Counted from the first letter of the stretch, positions 28,185 through 39,085 are shown. The stretch: DNA of 64,000 nucleotides from an uncultured Chloroflexia bacterium (GCA_963698595.1 CAVORL010000006.1:50489-114488); one strand, 5' to 3'. Numbers and translations: made by a program. Notes: generated from the letters alone by a model not told the origin.

Positions 28185-29534
28185 ATGAAGCGGACCTTTG
28201 CGGTGATCCTGGCCGGTGGCGAGGGCGCGCGGCTCTCCATCCTCTCGGAGAAGCGGGCGAAGCCGGCGGTGCCGTTCGGGGGGAAGTTCCGGATCATCGA
28301 CTTCGCCCTCTCGAACTGCGTCAACTCCGACATTGACAACGTGGCCGTCCTGACCCAGTACAACCCGCGCTCTCTCTCCGACCACATCGGCTCGGGCCGA
28401 CCCTGGGACCTCGACCGCAGCGTCGGCGGCGTGCGGATCCTCCCGCCGTACATCGGGCGCGGGAAGACGAGCGAGTGGTACCGGGGAACCGCGGACGCGG
28501 TCCTCCAGAACATGTCCGTGGTGGACCAGTCGCCCGGCGACGCCGTCGTCGTCCTCGCCGGCGACCACGTCTACAAGATGGACTACTCGCCCTTCACGAG
28601 CTTCCACCGTCGGCGCCGCGCCGACGTGACGATCGCGGTTCGTCGCGTGCCGCTCGCCGAGGCCACCCGGATGGGCATCCTGGCGATGGATGAGTCGGGC
28701 CGGATCACCGAGTGGCAGGAGAAGCCGAAGCAACCCAAGTCCGACCTCGCGAGCATGGGTGTCTACGTGTTCAGCAAGCGGGCCCTCCACAGCTGGCTCG
28801 ATGCGGACCATCCCGACTTCGGGACCGACGTGATCCCGGCGATGATCGAGGGCGGCGCGCGCGTCTACGGCTACCGCTTCGACGGGTACTGGCAGGACGT
28901 GGGGACGATCCACAGCTACTGGGAGGCCAACATGGCCCTCCTCGAGGATCGCCCGGAGCTGGACCTGTACGACAAGGAGTGGTTGATTCACACTCGCTCC
29001 GAGGAGCGGGCGCCGGCCAAGATCGGGTCCACCGCCCAGGTCCACCGCAGCCTGATCAGCCACGGCTGCCAGGTCGAGGGGATGGTCGTGAACTCCGTCC
29101 TCTCGCCGGGCGTGGTCGTCGGCGTGGGTGCCGTGGTCCGCGACTCGATCCTCATGTTCGACACCGTCGTGCGGCCCGGCGCGGTCATCGACCGGGCGAT
29201 CCTCGACAAGGAGGTCACGGTCGGCCCGGGCGCGATCGTCGGTGAGGGCAGCGACCTCGGCATCGCAAACCGGACGTCACCGAGCCACCTGAGCACGGGC
29301 ATCACGATCGTCGGCAAGCGCGCCATCATCCCTCGCGGCGTGCGGATCGGGCGCAACGTGAGGATCGACCCCGACGTCCGGGCATCCGATTTCACGGGCC
29401 GCTCGATCGAGTCGGGCGCCACGGTGACCCGCCGCGAGGGACGCCCGCGGAGCCACCGGAAGGCGTCCCCGGCGCCCGCCGGCCCGAGCGTTGGCGTCGC
29501 GTCGGCCAGCGGGAAGCGCTCCGACTCGGCCTGA
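28185..29534 (+). CDS. glgC: Glucose-1-phosphate adenylyltransferase
   Basis: [42 protein letters not shown], left-handed beta-helix C-domain, plus a basic tail of about 50 aa. Confidence 0.9.
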   Translation: MKRTFAVILAGGEGARLSILSEKRAKPAVPFGGKFRIIDFALSNCVNSDIDNVAVLTQYNPRSLSDHIGSGRPWDLDRSVGGVRILPPYIGRGKTSEWYRGTADAVLQNMSVVDQSPGDAVVVLAGDHVYKMDYSPFTSFHRRRRADVTIAVRRVPLAEATRMGILAMDESGRITEWQEKPKQPKSDLASMGVYVFSKRALHSWLDADHPDFGTDVIPAMIEGGARVYGYRFDGYWQDVGTIHSYWEANMALLEDRPELDLYDKEWLIHTRSEERAPAKIGSTAQVHRSLISHGCQVEGMVVNSVLSPGVVVGVGAVVRDSILMFDTVVRPGAVIDRAILDKEVTVGPGAIVGEGSDLGIANRTSPSHLSTGITIVGKRAIIPRGVRIGRNVRIDPDVRASDFTGRSIESGATVTRREGRPRSHRKASPAPAGPSVGVASASGKRSDSA

Positions 29535-29604
29535 CCAGCCGACCTGGGCCTGATTCCGCCCCGGCGTCCATGCATCTCGCGTCTCCCGACCGACGCGGCC
29601 CTGC

Positions 29605-29610
29605 TACGAT
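29605..29610 (+). promoter_or_regulatory. Candidate -10 TACGAT, 6 nt before the pncB ATG (leaderless-type)
   Basis: TACGAT-cgccga-ATG. The predicted +1 coincides with the A of the start codon. Confidence 0.35.
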
Positions 29611-29616
29611 CGCCGA

Positions 29617-30648
29617 ATGAGGCTCCAGCCGCATCGCCCGTCGCACGAGATCCTGTCCGGCGAGTCGGCCGACGTCTACTTCGCGCGCGCGACCCGGATC
29701 CTCGAGCGGGAGGGCCTCGACCCCATCGTGGCGATGGAGATCTTCAGCCGGGGTCAGGGTGTCCTGTGCGGCATCGACGAGGCGAAGAACCTCCTGGCTC
29801 ACGTGCTGCAGGACGCCGACCCCGGCGAGGTGCTCGTCGAGGGGCTCGACGACGGGGACCTCTTCGCGCCGAAGGAGGTCGTCCTCCGGATCCGGGCCAG
29901 ATACCGCGTGTTCGGCCTCTACGAGACGGCGATCCTCGGCATGATGGCCCAGGCGACTGGCTGGGCAACGGCCGCGAGGGAGTGCGTCGAAGCGGCTTCC
30001 CCGCAGCCCGTCATCAGCTTCGGGGCCCGCCACGTCCACCCCGACGTCACCGACGTGCTGGACTACGCGGCGATCGTCGGCGGCTGCGTCGGTGCCTCCA
30101 CGCCCGCCGGGGCCCGGCTCGCGAACCTCAACCCCACCGGGACGATGCCCCACTCGCTCGTGCTCATCCTCGGCGACACCCTGCGGGCGGCGCAGGCGTT
30201 CGATCGCGACCTGGAGGCCGACGTGCCCCGGATCGTCCTCGTCGACACGTTCAAGGACGAGGCGGAGGAGGCACTCCGCGTCGCCGACGCTCTCGGGGAG
30301 AGCCTGTACGGCATTCGCCTCGACACCCCGTCGGAGCGAGGTCGCGTCACGGCGGATCTCGTCAAGGAGATCCGGGCCCGCCTGGATCAGGCGGGCCACG
30401 GCCACGTGAGGATCGTGGTCTCCGGCGGCCTCACGCCCGAACGGATCCGCCACTTCAAGGAGCAGACGGCGCCCGCCGACAGCTTTGCCGTGGGAAGCTA
30501 CATCTCGGGGGCGAGCCCCGTCGACTTCACGGGCGACATCAAGGAGATCGACGGGCGGCCGATCGCCAAGCGCGGCCGGATACCGGGAGTCACCCCCAGC
30601 CCGAGACTGAAGGTGGTGGACCTGTCCTCGTGGCGGAGCGGCGCCTGA
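29617..30648 (+). CDS. pncB: Nicotinate phosphoribosyltransferase (short, archaeal-type)
   Basis: SGESADVYF, FGARH, TMPHSLV, VDTF, GIRLDTP, VSGG motifs of type II PRTases. Confidence 0.85.
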   Translation: MRLQPHRPSHEILSGESADVYFARATRILEREGLDPIVAMEIFSRGQGVLCGIDEAKNLLAHVLQDADPGEVLVEGLDDGDLFAPKEVVLRIRARYRVFGLYETAILGMMAQATGWATAARECVEAASPQPVISFGARHVHPDVTDVLDYAAIVGGCVGASTPAGARLANLNPTGTMPHSLVLILGDTLRAAQAFDRDLEADVPRIVLVDTFKDEAEEALRVADALGESLYGIRLDTPSERGRVTADLVKEIRARLDQAGHGHVRIVVSGGLTPERIRHFKEQTAPADSFAVGSYISGASPVDFTGDIKEIDGRPIAKRGRIPGVTPSPRLKVVDLSSWRSGA

Positions 30649-33209
30649 GCGGCCCGACGCGCGCCGACGTCCTCACCTGGGCCGAGGCGACGGCCCGGGC
30701 CGGGCGCGTCGGCCGGATCGCGTCCACGCTCGAGCTGGACCTCCTCGCCGGCGGCTCCACCTACCGGGGGCTGGCACGCCTGCGCTTCCCGGTGACAGGC
30801 GAGGGCGACCTCTTCCTCGACTTCCGGGGTGGGACGGTCGAGCGCCTCGTCGTCAACGGGCGCGAGCTCAGCGCAGAGCGTCCGGAGCATCGGATCCTCC
30901 TGCCGGGCGCCGCGCTCGCCCCCATGACCGAGGTCGAGGTCGCGTACGAGAACGCCTTCGACCACGGCGGCGACGGGTTTCACCAGTTCGTCGACCCGGA
31001 GGACGGTGCGGAGTACCTCTACTCGAACTTCGAGCCGTTCGAGGCGCACCGGCTCTTTCCCTGCTTCGACCAGCCGGACCTGAAGGGCACGTACGAGCTG
31101 ACGGTCCGGGCGCCCGGGGATTGGGTCGTGATCGCCAACGCGCTCCCCGCCTCCGCGGTCCCGCTGCCCGACGGGCGCCGGGAGCACCGTTTCGCGCCGA
31201 CGCCGCCGATCTCCACCTATCTCGTCGCGGTGATCGCCGGGGCATACGAAGGCGTCCGGACGCTCCACCGGGGGACGCCGCTCGGGATCTGGAGTCGCCG
31301 TTCGCTCGCGCGCTTTGTCGACCCGGACGAGATCTTCGAGGTGACGAAGCAGGGGATCGACTACTACAGCGCCCTGTTCGACCACCCCTTCCCCTTCGCG
31401 AAGTACGACCAGATCCTCGTCCCGGAGTTCAACTCCGGGGCCATGGAGAACGTGGGTGCCGTCACGTTCAGCGAGAGCTACGTGTACCGCGACTCACCCA
31501 CCGACACGCAGCGCCTGACGCGCGCCGAGACGGTGCTCCACGAGCTCGCCCACATGTGGTTCGGTGACCTCGCGACGATGCGCTGGTGGGACGATCTCTG
31601 GCTCAACGAGAGCTTTGCCACGTACGTCTCCCACCTCGCCCTCGCCGAGGCGACGCGCTTCGACGGGGCCTGGCGCGCCTTCCACGCAGACATGAAGCGC
31701 TGGGGGTACCAGGCCGACGCGCGCTCGACGACCCACCCGATCTCGGGCGTCGTCCCGGACACCGATGCGACCTTCTACAACTTCGACGGCATCACCTACG
31801 GCAAGGGCGCCTCGGTCATCAAGCAGCTCGTGGCGGAGATCGGACCCGAGGCCTTCCGGGCCGGCCTGCGCACCTATTTCCGGCGCCACGCCTGGGGCAA
31901 CGCGACCCTGGCGGACTTCCTCGCGGCGCTCGAGACCGGAGCCGGGCGCTCCCTCGGCGACTGGTCCCGCCGCTGGCTGGAGGCCGCGTCGCTCAACACG
32001 ATCGAGGCCTCCTGGACCGCTCGCGACGGCCGGATCGAGCGCCTCCAGCTCACCCAGGAGGCGCCGGAGGATCATCCGACCCTCCGCCCGCATGCGCTCG
32101 CGGTCGCGCTCGTGCGGGCCGGTGACGAGGGGGCCGCGGAGGTCGAGGTGGTCCCGGCGCGCCTGGATGGGGCGGAGGCCTGGATCGACGAGGCCGTCGG
32201 CCGCCCGGCGCCCGATCTCGTCTTCCCGAACCACGGCGATCACGGGTATGCCCGCGTGCTCCTGGATTCCGCCTCCCTGGCGGCCGTGCCGCGCATCCTG
32301 CCCCGCCTGGCGGACCCGCTCCTGCGCCAGCTCATCTGGGGGACGCTGTGGGAGATGGTGCGGGGAGCACGCTTCTCATCCCTGGAGCTCCTGGAGCTCG
32401 TGCGGACCCATCTCCCGGCGGAGAGGGACGACCAGATCGTGCAGGCTGCGCTCGACGCCGCGCGCGGCGCGCTCGTGCGCTACGTGCCCGAGGAGCTCCG
32501 GCTGGACGAGGCGCGCCGCTTCGTGGCAGTGGCGCTGGGAGCGCTGGACGGGTTGCCGACCGGGGACCTGCGCACGCTCTGGCTGCGGGCCGCGATCGCG
32601 GCCGCGGCGGAGCCGGCTGACGTCGTCGCGGTAGGACGGGCCGTCGACGGGGTCCCGGGGCTGCCGGAGGTCCGGGTGGACCGCGAGATGCGCTGGTCCG
32701 TCGCGGCGCTCGCCGTGGCCCACGGCCTGCCCGGCGCCACGGACCGCCTGGCGGCCGAGCGGGCGGCCGATCCCTCCGACCGCGGCGTCCGTGAGGTCGT
32801 GCGGGCGGAGGTCGGTGCTCCCGACCCCACCGTGAAGGCCGCGGCATGGGAGCGGATCCACGGCGAGGGCTACGGATCGTTCCACCTGACGCAGGCGGCC
32901 ATGCGGGGCTTCAACCACGCCCACGAGGCCGGGCTCCTGGAGCCCTACGTGGACCGCTTCTTCAGTGCGCTGCCGGCCGTCGCGGCGGAGCGCGAGCACG
33001 CGTTCGTCCGGGCGTACGTGTCGGCCCTCTTCCCGTCCTACCGGCCCGAGGCCGCTCTCGTGGAGCGGGCCCGGGCGCTTGCCGACGCCGAGGGATCCTC
33101 GCTGCCGAGCCTGCGGCGGCTCCTCACGGAGGCGGCCGACGACATGGAGCGGGCCGTCGTCTGTCGCTCGTTCGCGACGCTCCGCGCCCGGTCCCGGACC
33201 CGCGCCTGA
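30630..33209 (+). CDS. pepN: Aminopeptidase N (M1)
   Basis: GAMEN, HELAHMWFGDLATMRWWDDLWLNESFA (HExxH-18-E). GTG 30630 overlaps the pncB stop. Confidence 0.9.
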   Translation: MAERRLSGPTRADVLTWAEATARAGRVGRIASTLELDLLAGGSTYRGLARLRFPVTGEGDLFLDFRGGTVERLVVNGRELSAERPEHRILLPGAALAPMTEVEVAYENAFDHGGDGFHQFVDPEDGAEYLYSNFEPFEAHRLFPCFDQPDLKGTYELTVRAPGDWVVIANALPASAVPLPDGRREHRFAPTPPISTYLVAVIAGAYEGVRTLHRGTPLGIWSRRSLARFVDPDEIFEVTKQGIDYYSALFDHPFPFAKYDQILVPEFNSGAMENVGAVTFSESYVYRDSPTDTQRLTRAETVLHELAHMWFGDLATMRWWDDLWLNESFATYVSHLALAEATRFDGAWRAFHADMKRWGYQADARSTTHPISGVVPDTDATFYNFDGITYGKGASVIKQLVAEIGPEAFRAGLRTYFRRHAWGNATLADFLAALETGAGRSLGDWSRRWLEAASLNTIEASWTARDGRIERLQLTQEAPEDHPTLRPHALAVALVRAGDEGAAEVEVVPARLDGAEAWIDEAVGRPAPDLVFPNHGDHGYARVLLDSASLAAVPRILPRLADPLLRQLIWGTLWEMVRGARFSSLELLELVRTHLPAERDDQIVQAALDAARGALVRYVPEELRLDEARRFVAVALGALDGLPTGDLRTLWLRAAIAAAAEPADVVAVGRAVDGVPGLPEVRVDREMRWSVAALAVAHGLPGATDRLAAERAADPSDRGVREVVRAEVGAPDPTVKAAAWERIHGEGYGSFHLTQAAMRGFNHAHEAGLLEPYVDRFFSALPAVAAEREHAFVRAYVSALFPSYRPEAALVERARALADAEGSSLPSLRRLLTEAADDMERAVVCRSFATLRARSRTRA

Positions 33210-33267
33210 GCAGCGCGATCCGGCCCGAGGGAGGACTCCTCCGTCGATCCGTGGCAGGATCGCCGGC

Positions 33268-33744
33268 ATGGACGACCACCCACGCGGCGGTCCCGCGCGA
33301 CCCGACCCCCCGCCCGGGGACGAGGACGCGGGCACGCACGCCGACAGCGGAGCTCAGCACCCCGACGACCCGGAGAGCGCCTACGAGCTGCTCCAGCGGG
33401 GCCAGGCGCTGCTCGCCCGGCGCCACCACGCCCAGGCCGCGGTGGTCCTCGCCCGGGCCGTGCGCCTCGAGCCCGGCCGGGGGTCGATCCTCGAGCCCCT
33501 CGGGCGGGCCTACTTCATCAGCGGGCAGGTGGAACGGGCGGCGGACACGTTCGAGGCACTGCTCGAGGTCGACCCGTCCTCGCATTACGGCCACTACGCG
33601 CTGGGTCGCGTCCTCATGCGGTTGGGTCGCACCGATGCTGCCCGCACGCACCTCCGCCTGGCCGTCGCGCTTGCGCCGGACAGCCGGCTCTACCAGGGCG
33701 GCCTGCGCCGTCTGGGGGGAACCGGAGTGGAACGCCAGACCTAG
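33268..33744 (+). CDS. TPR repeat protein with acidic N-terminal region
   Basis: ATG 33268. TPR-like units (AVRLEPGRGSILEPLGRAYFISGQVERAADTFEALLEVDP..). Confidence 0.65.
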   Translation: MDDHPRGGPARPDPPPGDEDAGTHADSGAQHPDDPESAYELLQRGQALLARRHHAQAAVVLARAVRLEPGRGSILEPLGRAYFISGQVERAADTFEALLEVDPSSHYGHYALGRVLMRLGRTDAARTHLRLAVALAPDSRLYQGGLRRLGGTGVERQT

Positions 33745-33777
33745 CCGGCGGGTGCCACACCGGCCGTGGCCGGGGTT

Positions 33778-33798
33778 CCGCCACGCCGCCCGTGGCGG
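33778..33798. terminator. Hairpin ccgccacg-ccgcc-cgtggcgg between convergent genes
   Basis: Perfect 8-bp stem and 5-nt loop between the stops at 33744 (+) and 33821 (-). Confidence 0.35.
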
Positions 33799-33820
33799 GG
33801 CGCAGCTTCGCGCCGGCTCC

Positions 33821-34468
33821 TCAGGGCGCCGCACCTGATTCGAGGAGGCGCGCCACCCAGAAGATCCCGACGAGCGACTTCGCGTCGCCGATCTCGCCGC
33901 GCTCGGCCGCGGCGAGCGCGGCGCGCCAGGGCACGCGGACCAGCTCCAGCGCCTCGTCCTCGTCGGGCTCGAGCCGATCCTCATCGGCCGGTACCAGGTC
34001 GGTGGCGAGGTAGAGGACCATCCGCTCCGTCGCGAAGCCGGGAACGGTCCAGAACTCGCCCACGCGCACCCACCGACCCGCCCGGCACCCGGTCTCCTCC
34101 TCCAGCTCCCGCCGGGCGGCACCGTCAGGATCCTCGGTCGCGCCGGAGGCCGGGTCGCGGTCGAGCGTGCCGGCCGGGATCTCCAGGAGGACGCGGCCGG
34201 CCGGGTGGCGGTACTGGCGCACGAGAAGGATCCGCCCCTCGGGATCGAGGGCCACGATCGCCACGGCACCCGGATGGACCACGACCTCCCGACGCGAGCG
34301 GTGGCCGCCGGCGCGCTCGAGCGTGTCCAGCCGGAGCTCCAGGAGCCTGCCTTGATGAACGACCTCGGAGGCGACGAGGTGCTCGTCGAGCGGGTCGGCG
34401 ACCGCGCCGGGAAGGGAGTCCCGGTCAGGGTTGGGATGCGGTTCGGGGAGGGGCTCACGGTCCGGCAC
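33821..34468 (-). CDS. NUDIX hydrolase (ADP-ribose pyrophosphatase-like)
   Basis: Nudix box GAARRELEEETGC. GTG 34468 start is tentative. Confidence 0.8.
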   Translation of the reverse strand: MPDREPLPEPHPNPDRDSLPGAVADPLDEHLVASEVVHQGRLLELRLDTLERAGGHRSRREVVVHPGAVAIVALDPEGRILLVRQYRHPAGRVLLEIPAGTLDRDPASGATEDPDGAARRELEEETGCRAGRWVRVGEFWTVPGFATERMVLYLATDLVPADEDRLEPDEDEALELVRVPWRAALAAAERGEIGDAKSLVGIFWVARLLESGAAP

Positions 34469-34592
34469 GGAGGCAGTATCGCGGAGCGGCCGGGGACGCG
34501 CGAGCCGGGCACGCGAGGGCCGGGCCCGTGGCGGGCCCGGCTCTGAGCGGCGGTGCAGGCCCGGCGACCGCGCTGGGCCGCCGGACTCCCGG

Positions 34593-35699
<1,107 letters not shown>

Positions 35700-35914
35700 G
35701 CCCCGCTCCTCTCCCCGCCGGGTCATCGCGGGCTCCTGCATCACGGCCGTCTGGGTGGCGCGGACGAGCCCCGTACGAGGTGCCGGCTCAGGTCGAGCCG
35801 ATCGTAGCACCCGGCCGCAGCGAATCAAGGCCGAGGGGGGGCGCGGGAGCGCGGAGGGCGCGGGGCCGCGCTTTGATCCTCGGCGGCGTCGCGCCCGTGG
35901 GCGGCCCGCGCCGC

Positions 35915-36700
35915 CTACAGGGGGACGGCAAAGGCCAGGACGACGAGCGTCGCGGAGGCCGCGATCTCCACGACCCCGACCTGGACCGGGCGCAGCGCGC
36001 GGGCAGTCCCGGCGCGCCGGCGCTCGACGATGGGGAGCGCGACCGCGCGGGCCGTGAGCGCGGCGAAGAAGACAGCGTACGGCCAGGGGAGGATCACGGC
36101 GGTGAGGACCGTAGCGGCGGCATGGAACCCGACCGAGAGGGCGGCGAAGCCCCGGTTGCCGCGCTGGCGGATGACGGAGCGGACGACGAAGACGGTGCCT
36201 GCGAGGTAGCCGCCGGCCACGAGCGTGGCGCGCGCGACCGTGTCGAGCTCCCATGAGCCCGCCACGAGGGCCGCTGCCGGCACGAGCGTCAGCGCGATCG
36301 CCGCCTGGGCGAGGCTGTTGACGAGGTCCCGGGGCGACCCGTGTCGAGCCCCGCCGAACACCAGGGCCCCCATCGGCACGACGACGACGGCGGCCACGGC
36401 GAGCTCCGGGAAGGTGCGCAGGAGCGCCAGCGACGAGGCCGACAAGATGGCCGCGTACGCCGCCAGCGAGGGGATGAACGAGGGTCGCCTTCGGGCGCGA
36501 AGCCAGGCCTGGGCCGTGGCCGCCGCGAGATACCCGCTGACGGCGGCGATCGCAAGGGCGACGTGCCACCCAGACGGGGCCGTGACGGCGATGCCCAGGA
36601 GGAGGGGCACCGCGAGCATCGCCCAGGCGCCGTGTTGCCGGGGGAACCACAGCCGGACCGGGGCGCGCCCGGACGCCGCACCGGGGGCCGACGAACTCAC
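35915..36700 (-). CDS. YwiC-like family membrane protein
   Basis: PRQHGAWAML N-terminal motif typical of YwiC-like proteins, about 8 TM helices. GTG 36700 start is tentative. Confidence 0.55.
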   Translation of the reverse strand: MSSSAPGAASGRAPVRLWFPRQHGAWAMLAVPLLLGIAVTAPSGWHVALAIAAVSGYLAAATAQAWLRARRRPSFIPSLAAYAAILSASSLALLRTFPELAVAAVVVVPMGALVFGGARHGSPRDLVNSLAQAAIALTLVPAAALVAGSWELDTVARATLVAGGYLAGTVFVVRSVIRQRGNRGFAALSVGFHAAATVLTAVILPWPYAVFFAALTARAVALPIVERRRAGTARALRPVQVGVVEIAASATLVVLAFAVPL

Positions 36701-36777
36701 GGCTCGCGCGCGGCAGAAGCGCGGGGCGCCGAGGCGGGCATCCCGACCAGCGCCCGGCCGAGCCCCCGCGCCCCGAG

Positions 36778-36813
36778 CCGGGGCCGCGCCCCGCGCCGGG
36801 GCCGCGCCCCGCG
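36778..36813. repeat. Perfect tandem duplication of the 18-mer ccggggccgcgccccgcg
   Basis: Two identical adjacent units, each containing a GGGGC/GCCCC inverted repeat, in the gap between the response-regulator stop and the YwiC-like gene. Confidence 0.8.
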
Positions 36814-36824
36814 CCGGAGCTGCC

Positions 36825-37520
36825 TCACGCGTCGGCCGCGATGAAGCGATAGCCCAGGCCGCGCTCCGTGCGGATGTACCTCGGGCGGTCACGGTCGTCG
36901 CCGAGCTTGTCCCGGAGGCGTCGGACGTAGACTCGCAGGTAGTCGACCTCGTCCACGTATTCCCGGCCCCACACCTTGGCCAGCAGCGTGCCGTGCTGCA
37001 GGACATGCCCGGAGTTCCTGACGAGGTGATACAGGAGCTTGTACTCCGTCGGCGTCAGGTCCATCCGGTGTCCGCGGAGGCGCGCCTCCTGCTTGGCGAA
37101 GTCGACCTCGAGGTCCAGTGCGCGAAACGACGGCGCCCGGCTCGTCGGTGCCGGCATGTCGTGGCGGCGCAGAACGGCCCGGACGCGGGCCATGAGCTCG
37201 AGATGGTTGAACGGCTTCGTGACGTAGTCGTCGGCACCCAGCTCGAGACCCTTCACCTTGTCCATCGCATCGTCGCGGGCAGTGAGCATGACCACCGGGA
37301 CGTCGGAGAAGTGGCGAATCTCGGTGAGAGCGCGGTAGCCGTCCATGCCGGGCAGCCCGATGTCGAGGAGGACGGCGTCCGGGTGCATTCGCTCGACGAT
37401 GTCGAGGGCCTCCTCGGCCGTCCCGGCTCCGAGCACCTCCACGTCGCGCCACTGGAGCATGAAGCCGAGGCGGACGGATTCGACGACATCGGGCTCGTCG
37501 TCGACCACGAGGATCCGCAT
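36825..37520 (-). CDS. OmpR/PhoB-family response regulator
   Basis: Receiver domain (VVDDEPD, LLDIGLPGMDG, DDYVTKPF) and winged-helix domain (LTPTEYKLL..., RGLGYRF). Confidence 0.9.
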   Translation of the reverse strand: MRILVVDDEPDVVESVRLGFMLQWRDVEVLGAGTAEEALDIVERMHPDAVLLDIGLPGMDGYRALTEIRHFSDVPVVMLTARDDAMDKVKGLELGADDYVTKPFNHLELMARVRAVLRRHDMPAPTSRAPSFRALDLEVDFAKQEARLRGHRMDLTPTEYKLLYHLVRNSGHVLQHGTLLAKVWGREYVDEVDYLRVYVRRLRDKLGDDRDRPRYIRTERGLGYRFIAADA

Positions 37521-38521
37521 CAGTCGACGTCGGCCGGCCCGTCGGTGGGCACCACCAGGGTGAACCTGCTTCCCTCGCCCGGGACGCTGGCGACGTCGAT
37601 ACGTCCTCCGTGGGCCTGGGCGATGGCGAGGGCCGTCGGGAGGCCAAGGCCGACGCCGTGCGTGTCGCGGTCGTTGCGACCCACGAAGAACCGCTCGAAG
37701 AGCCGCGGCTGCTCGTCCGGCGGGATCCCGGGGCCGTCGTCCTGGACCGACCAGCTCACCTCTTCGTGGTCCCGTCGGACCCGGACGAGGGTGCGCCCGC
37801 CGATCGGGCTGTATTTCACGGCGTTCGAGAGGAAGTTCACGAGTGCCTGCTCGAGGCGTCGATGGTCAGCGTACGGGCGGATCGGCTCGGGCGGGCCCTC
37901 GATCACGATGACCTGGCGGCGCTCCGAGGCCAGTGGCGCGACCGACGCCACCGCGCCGCGGGCCAACTCGAGGGCATCGAACCGCCGGAGCTGAAGGACC
38001 ACCTCGCCCGTCCGGAACCGGGCGATCTCGAGGATGTCCCCGACGACACGCTGCATCCGGTCCGCGTTTCGCTCGATCACCGAGAGGAGCGCGGTCAGCT
38101 CGGCGTCCGACGGGCTCGTCGTCGGGGCACGGAGCACCCCGACGCAGGTCCGCACCGCGGTCAGTGGCGTGCGGAGCTCGTGGGCGATCGTCGAGAGGAG
38201 GTCGGTTCGCAGCCGTTCCAGCTCGGCAAGCCGCGCGGCGACGGCTTCGGCCGCGAGGCCACCTCCCTGCATCGTGCGGCCGAGGCTCGTGAGGACGTGG
38301 ACGCGAGCGTCGCCGTTCTGGCGCGCGACCCGCACGAGGCCGAGCCCGGCGAGCTCCCCGAGCAGATCTGCCGCTCGGGATGCCTCGACGTAGGCGCCAA
38401 CGGCCCCGAAGCGCTCCGAGAGCCCGCGCGGTGTGACCGCGTCGCCGACGAGGCTGAGCGCCGCCGTGGCGAGCGGCGACGGGGAGGAGGCAGCGCTCGC
38501 GGCAGGATCCATCGCGTACAT
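37520..38521 (-). CDS. Sensor histidine kinase (HisKA + HATPase_c) with no transmembrane segment
   Basis: H-box STIAHELRTPL, N-box LVNFLSNAVKY, DDGPGIP, GVGLGLPTA. Its stop overlaps the regulator start (ATGA). The N-terminal ~90 aa are soluble. Confidence 0.85.
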   Translation of the reverse strand: MYAMDPAASAASSPSPLATAALSLVGDAVTPRGLSERFGAVGAYVEASRAADLLGELAGLGLVRVARQNGDARVHVLTSLGRTMQGGGLAAEAVAARLAELERLRTDLLSTIAHELRTPLTAVRTCVGVLRAPTTSPSDAELTALLSVIERNADRMQRVVGDILEIARFRTGEVVLQLRRFDALELARGAVASVAPLASERRQVIVIEGPPEPIRPYADHRRLEQALVNFLSNAVKYSPIGGRTLVRVRRDHEEVSWSVQDDGPGIPPDEQPRLFERFFVGRNDRDTHGVGLGLPTALAIAQAHGGRIDVASVPGEGSRFTLVVPTDGPADVD

Positions 38522-38606
38522 GACCACGCGAGGATACGCCCGGGCGCCGGTCACGGCCGGACGGGCGAGGTTGGGGGTGACGTCGGCGCCCCGCCGGCGC
38601 CTCTCA

Positions 38607-38900
38607 TCAACCGGCGACGGCGACGAGCTCGGCGCTAGCGGCCGCGACCGCCGGAACCGCGGACGGTTCGCGGACCAGCGGCTCGATGAGGACGCGTCCC
38701 CCGACGGGCCCGGCGACAGCGTCGACGGTCGGCTCGACGAGCTCGAGCGACGGTGTCGGCGCCGCGAGGTCGTACGAGCACATGCACGGGCCGTCTGCGG
38801 CGCAGCCCGCGCAGCAGAACGAGAGTCCAATGTGGAACACGGGGTGAGCCGCGATGACGTGGTCGCAGGTTGCGCAGGTGAACGTGTGCGTAGTTGGCAT
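38607..38900 (-). CDS. Small cysteine-rich protein, TRASH/YHS-like putative metal-binding motif
   Basis: MPTTHTFTCATCDHVIAAHPVFHIGLSFCCAGCAADGPCMCSYD: CxxC-x16-CCxxC-x5-CxC. 97 aa, directly upstream of the kinase. Confidence 0.5.
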   Translation of the reverse strand: MPTTHTFTCATCDHVIAAHPVFHIGLSFCCAGCAADGPCMCSYDLAAPTPSLELVEPTVDAVAGPVGGRVLIEPLVREPSAVPAVAAASAELVAVAG

Positions 38901-39022
38901 CGGATCCCTCGAGCGGTGCTCCTGGCCGGTTCCGGCGTGCTTGGGGCACGTCCTCCGGCCGTTGGCACGGGCGCTAGGTCGCCATCGTCGACTCGGCACC
39001 TGAACGCGCCGGGGAACGGCCA

Positions 39023-39085
39023 TGAACGATCCGTGAACATTCGCAACGTTGCCGTACCTGTAGCGCAACTTGACCGCAATGTTCA
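39023..39085. promoter_or_regulatory. AT-richer island with nested repeats in the divergent gdh / Cys-rich-gene intergenic region
   Basis: TGAAC-n6-TGAAC direct repeat (39023-39038), perfect palindrome GCAACGTTGC (39043-39052), and inverted repeat TGAACATT...AATGTTCA (39034-39041 / 39078-39085). Confidence 0.35.
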
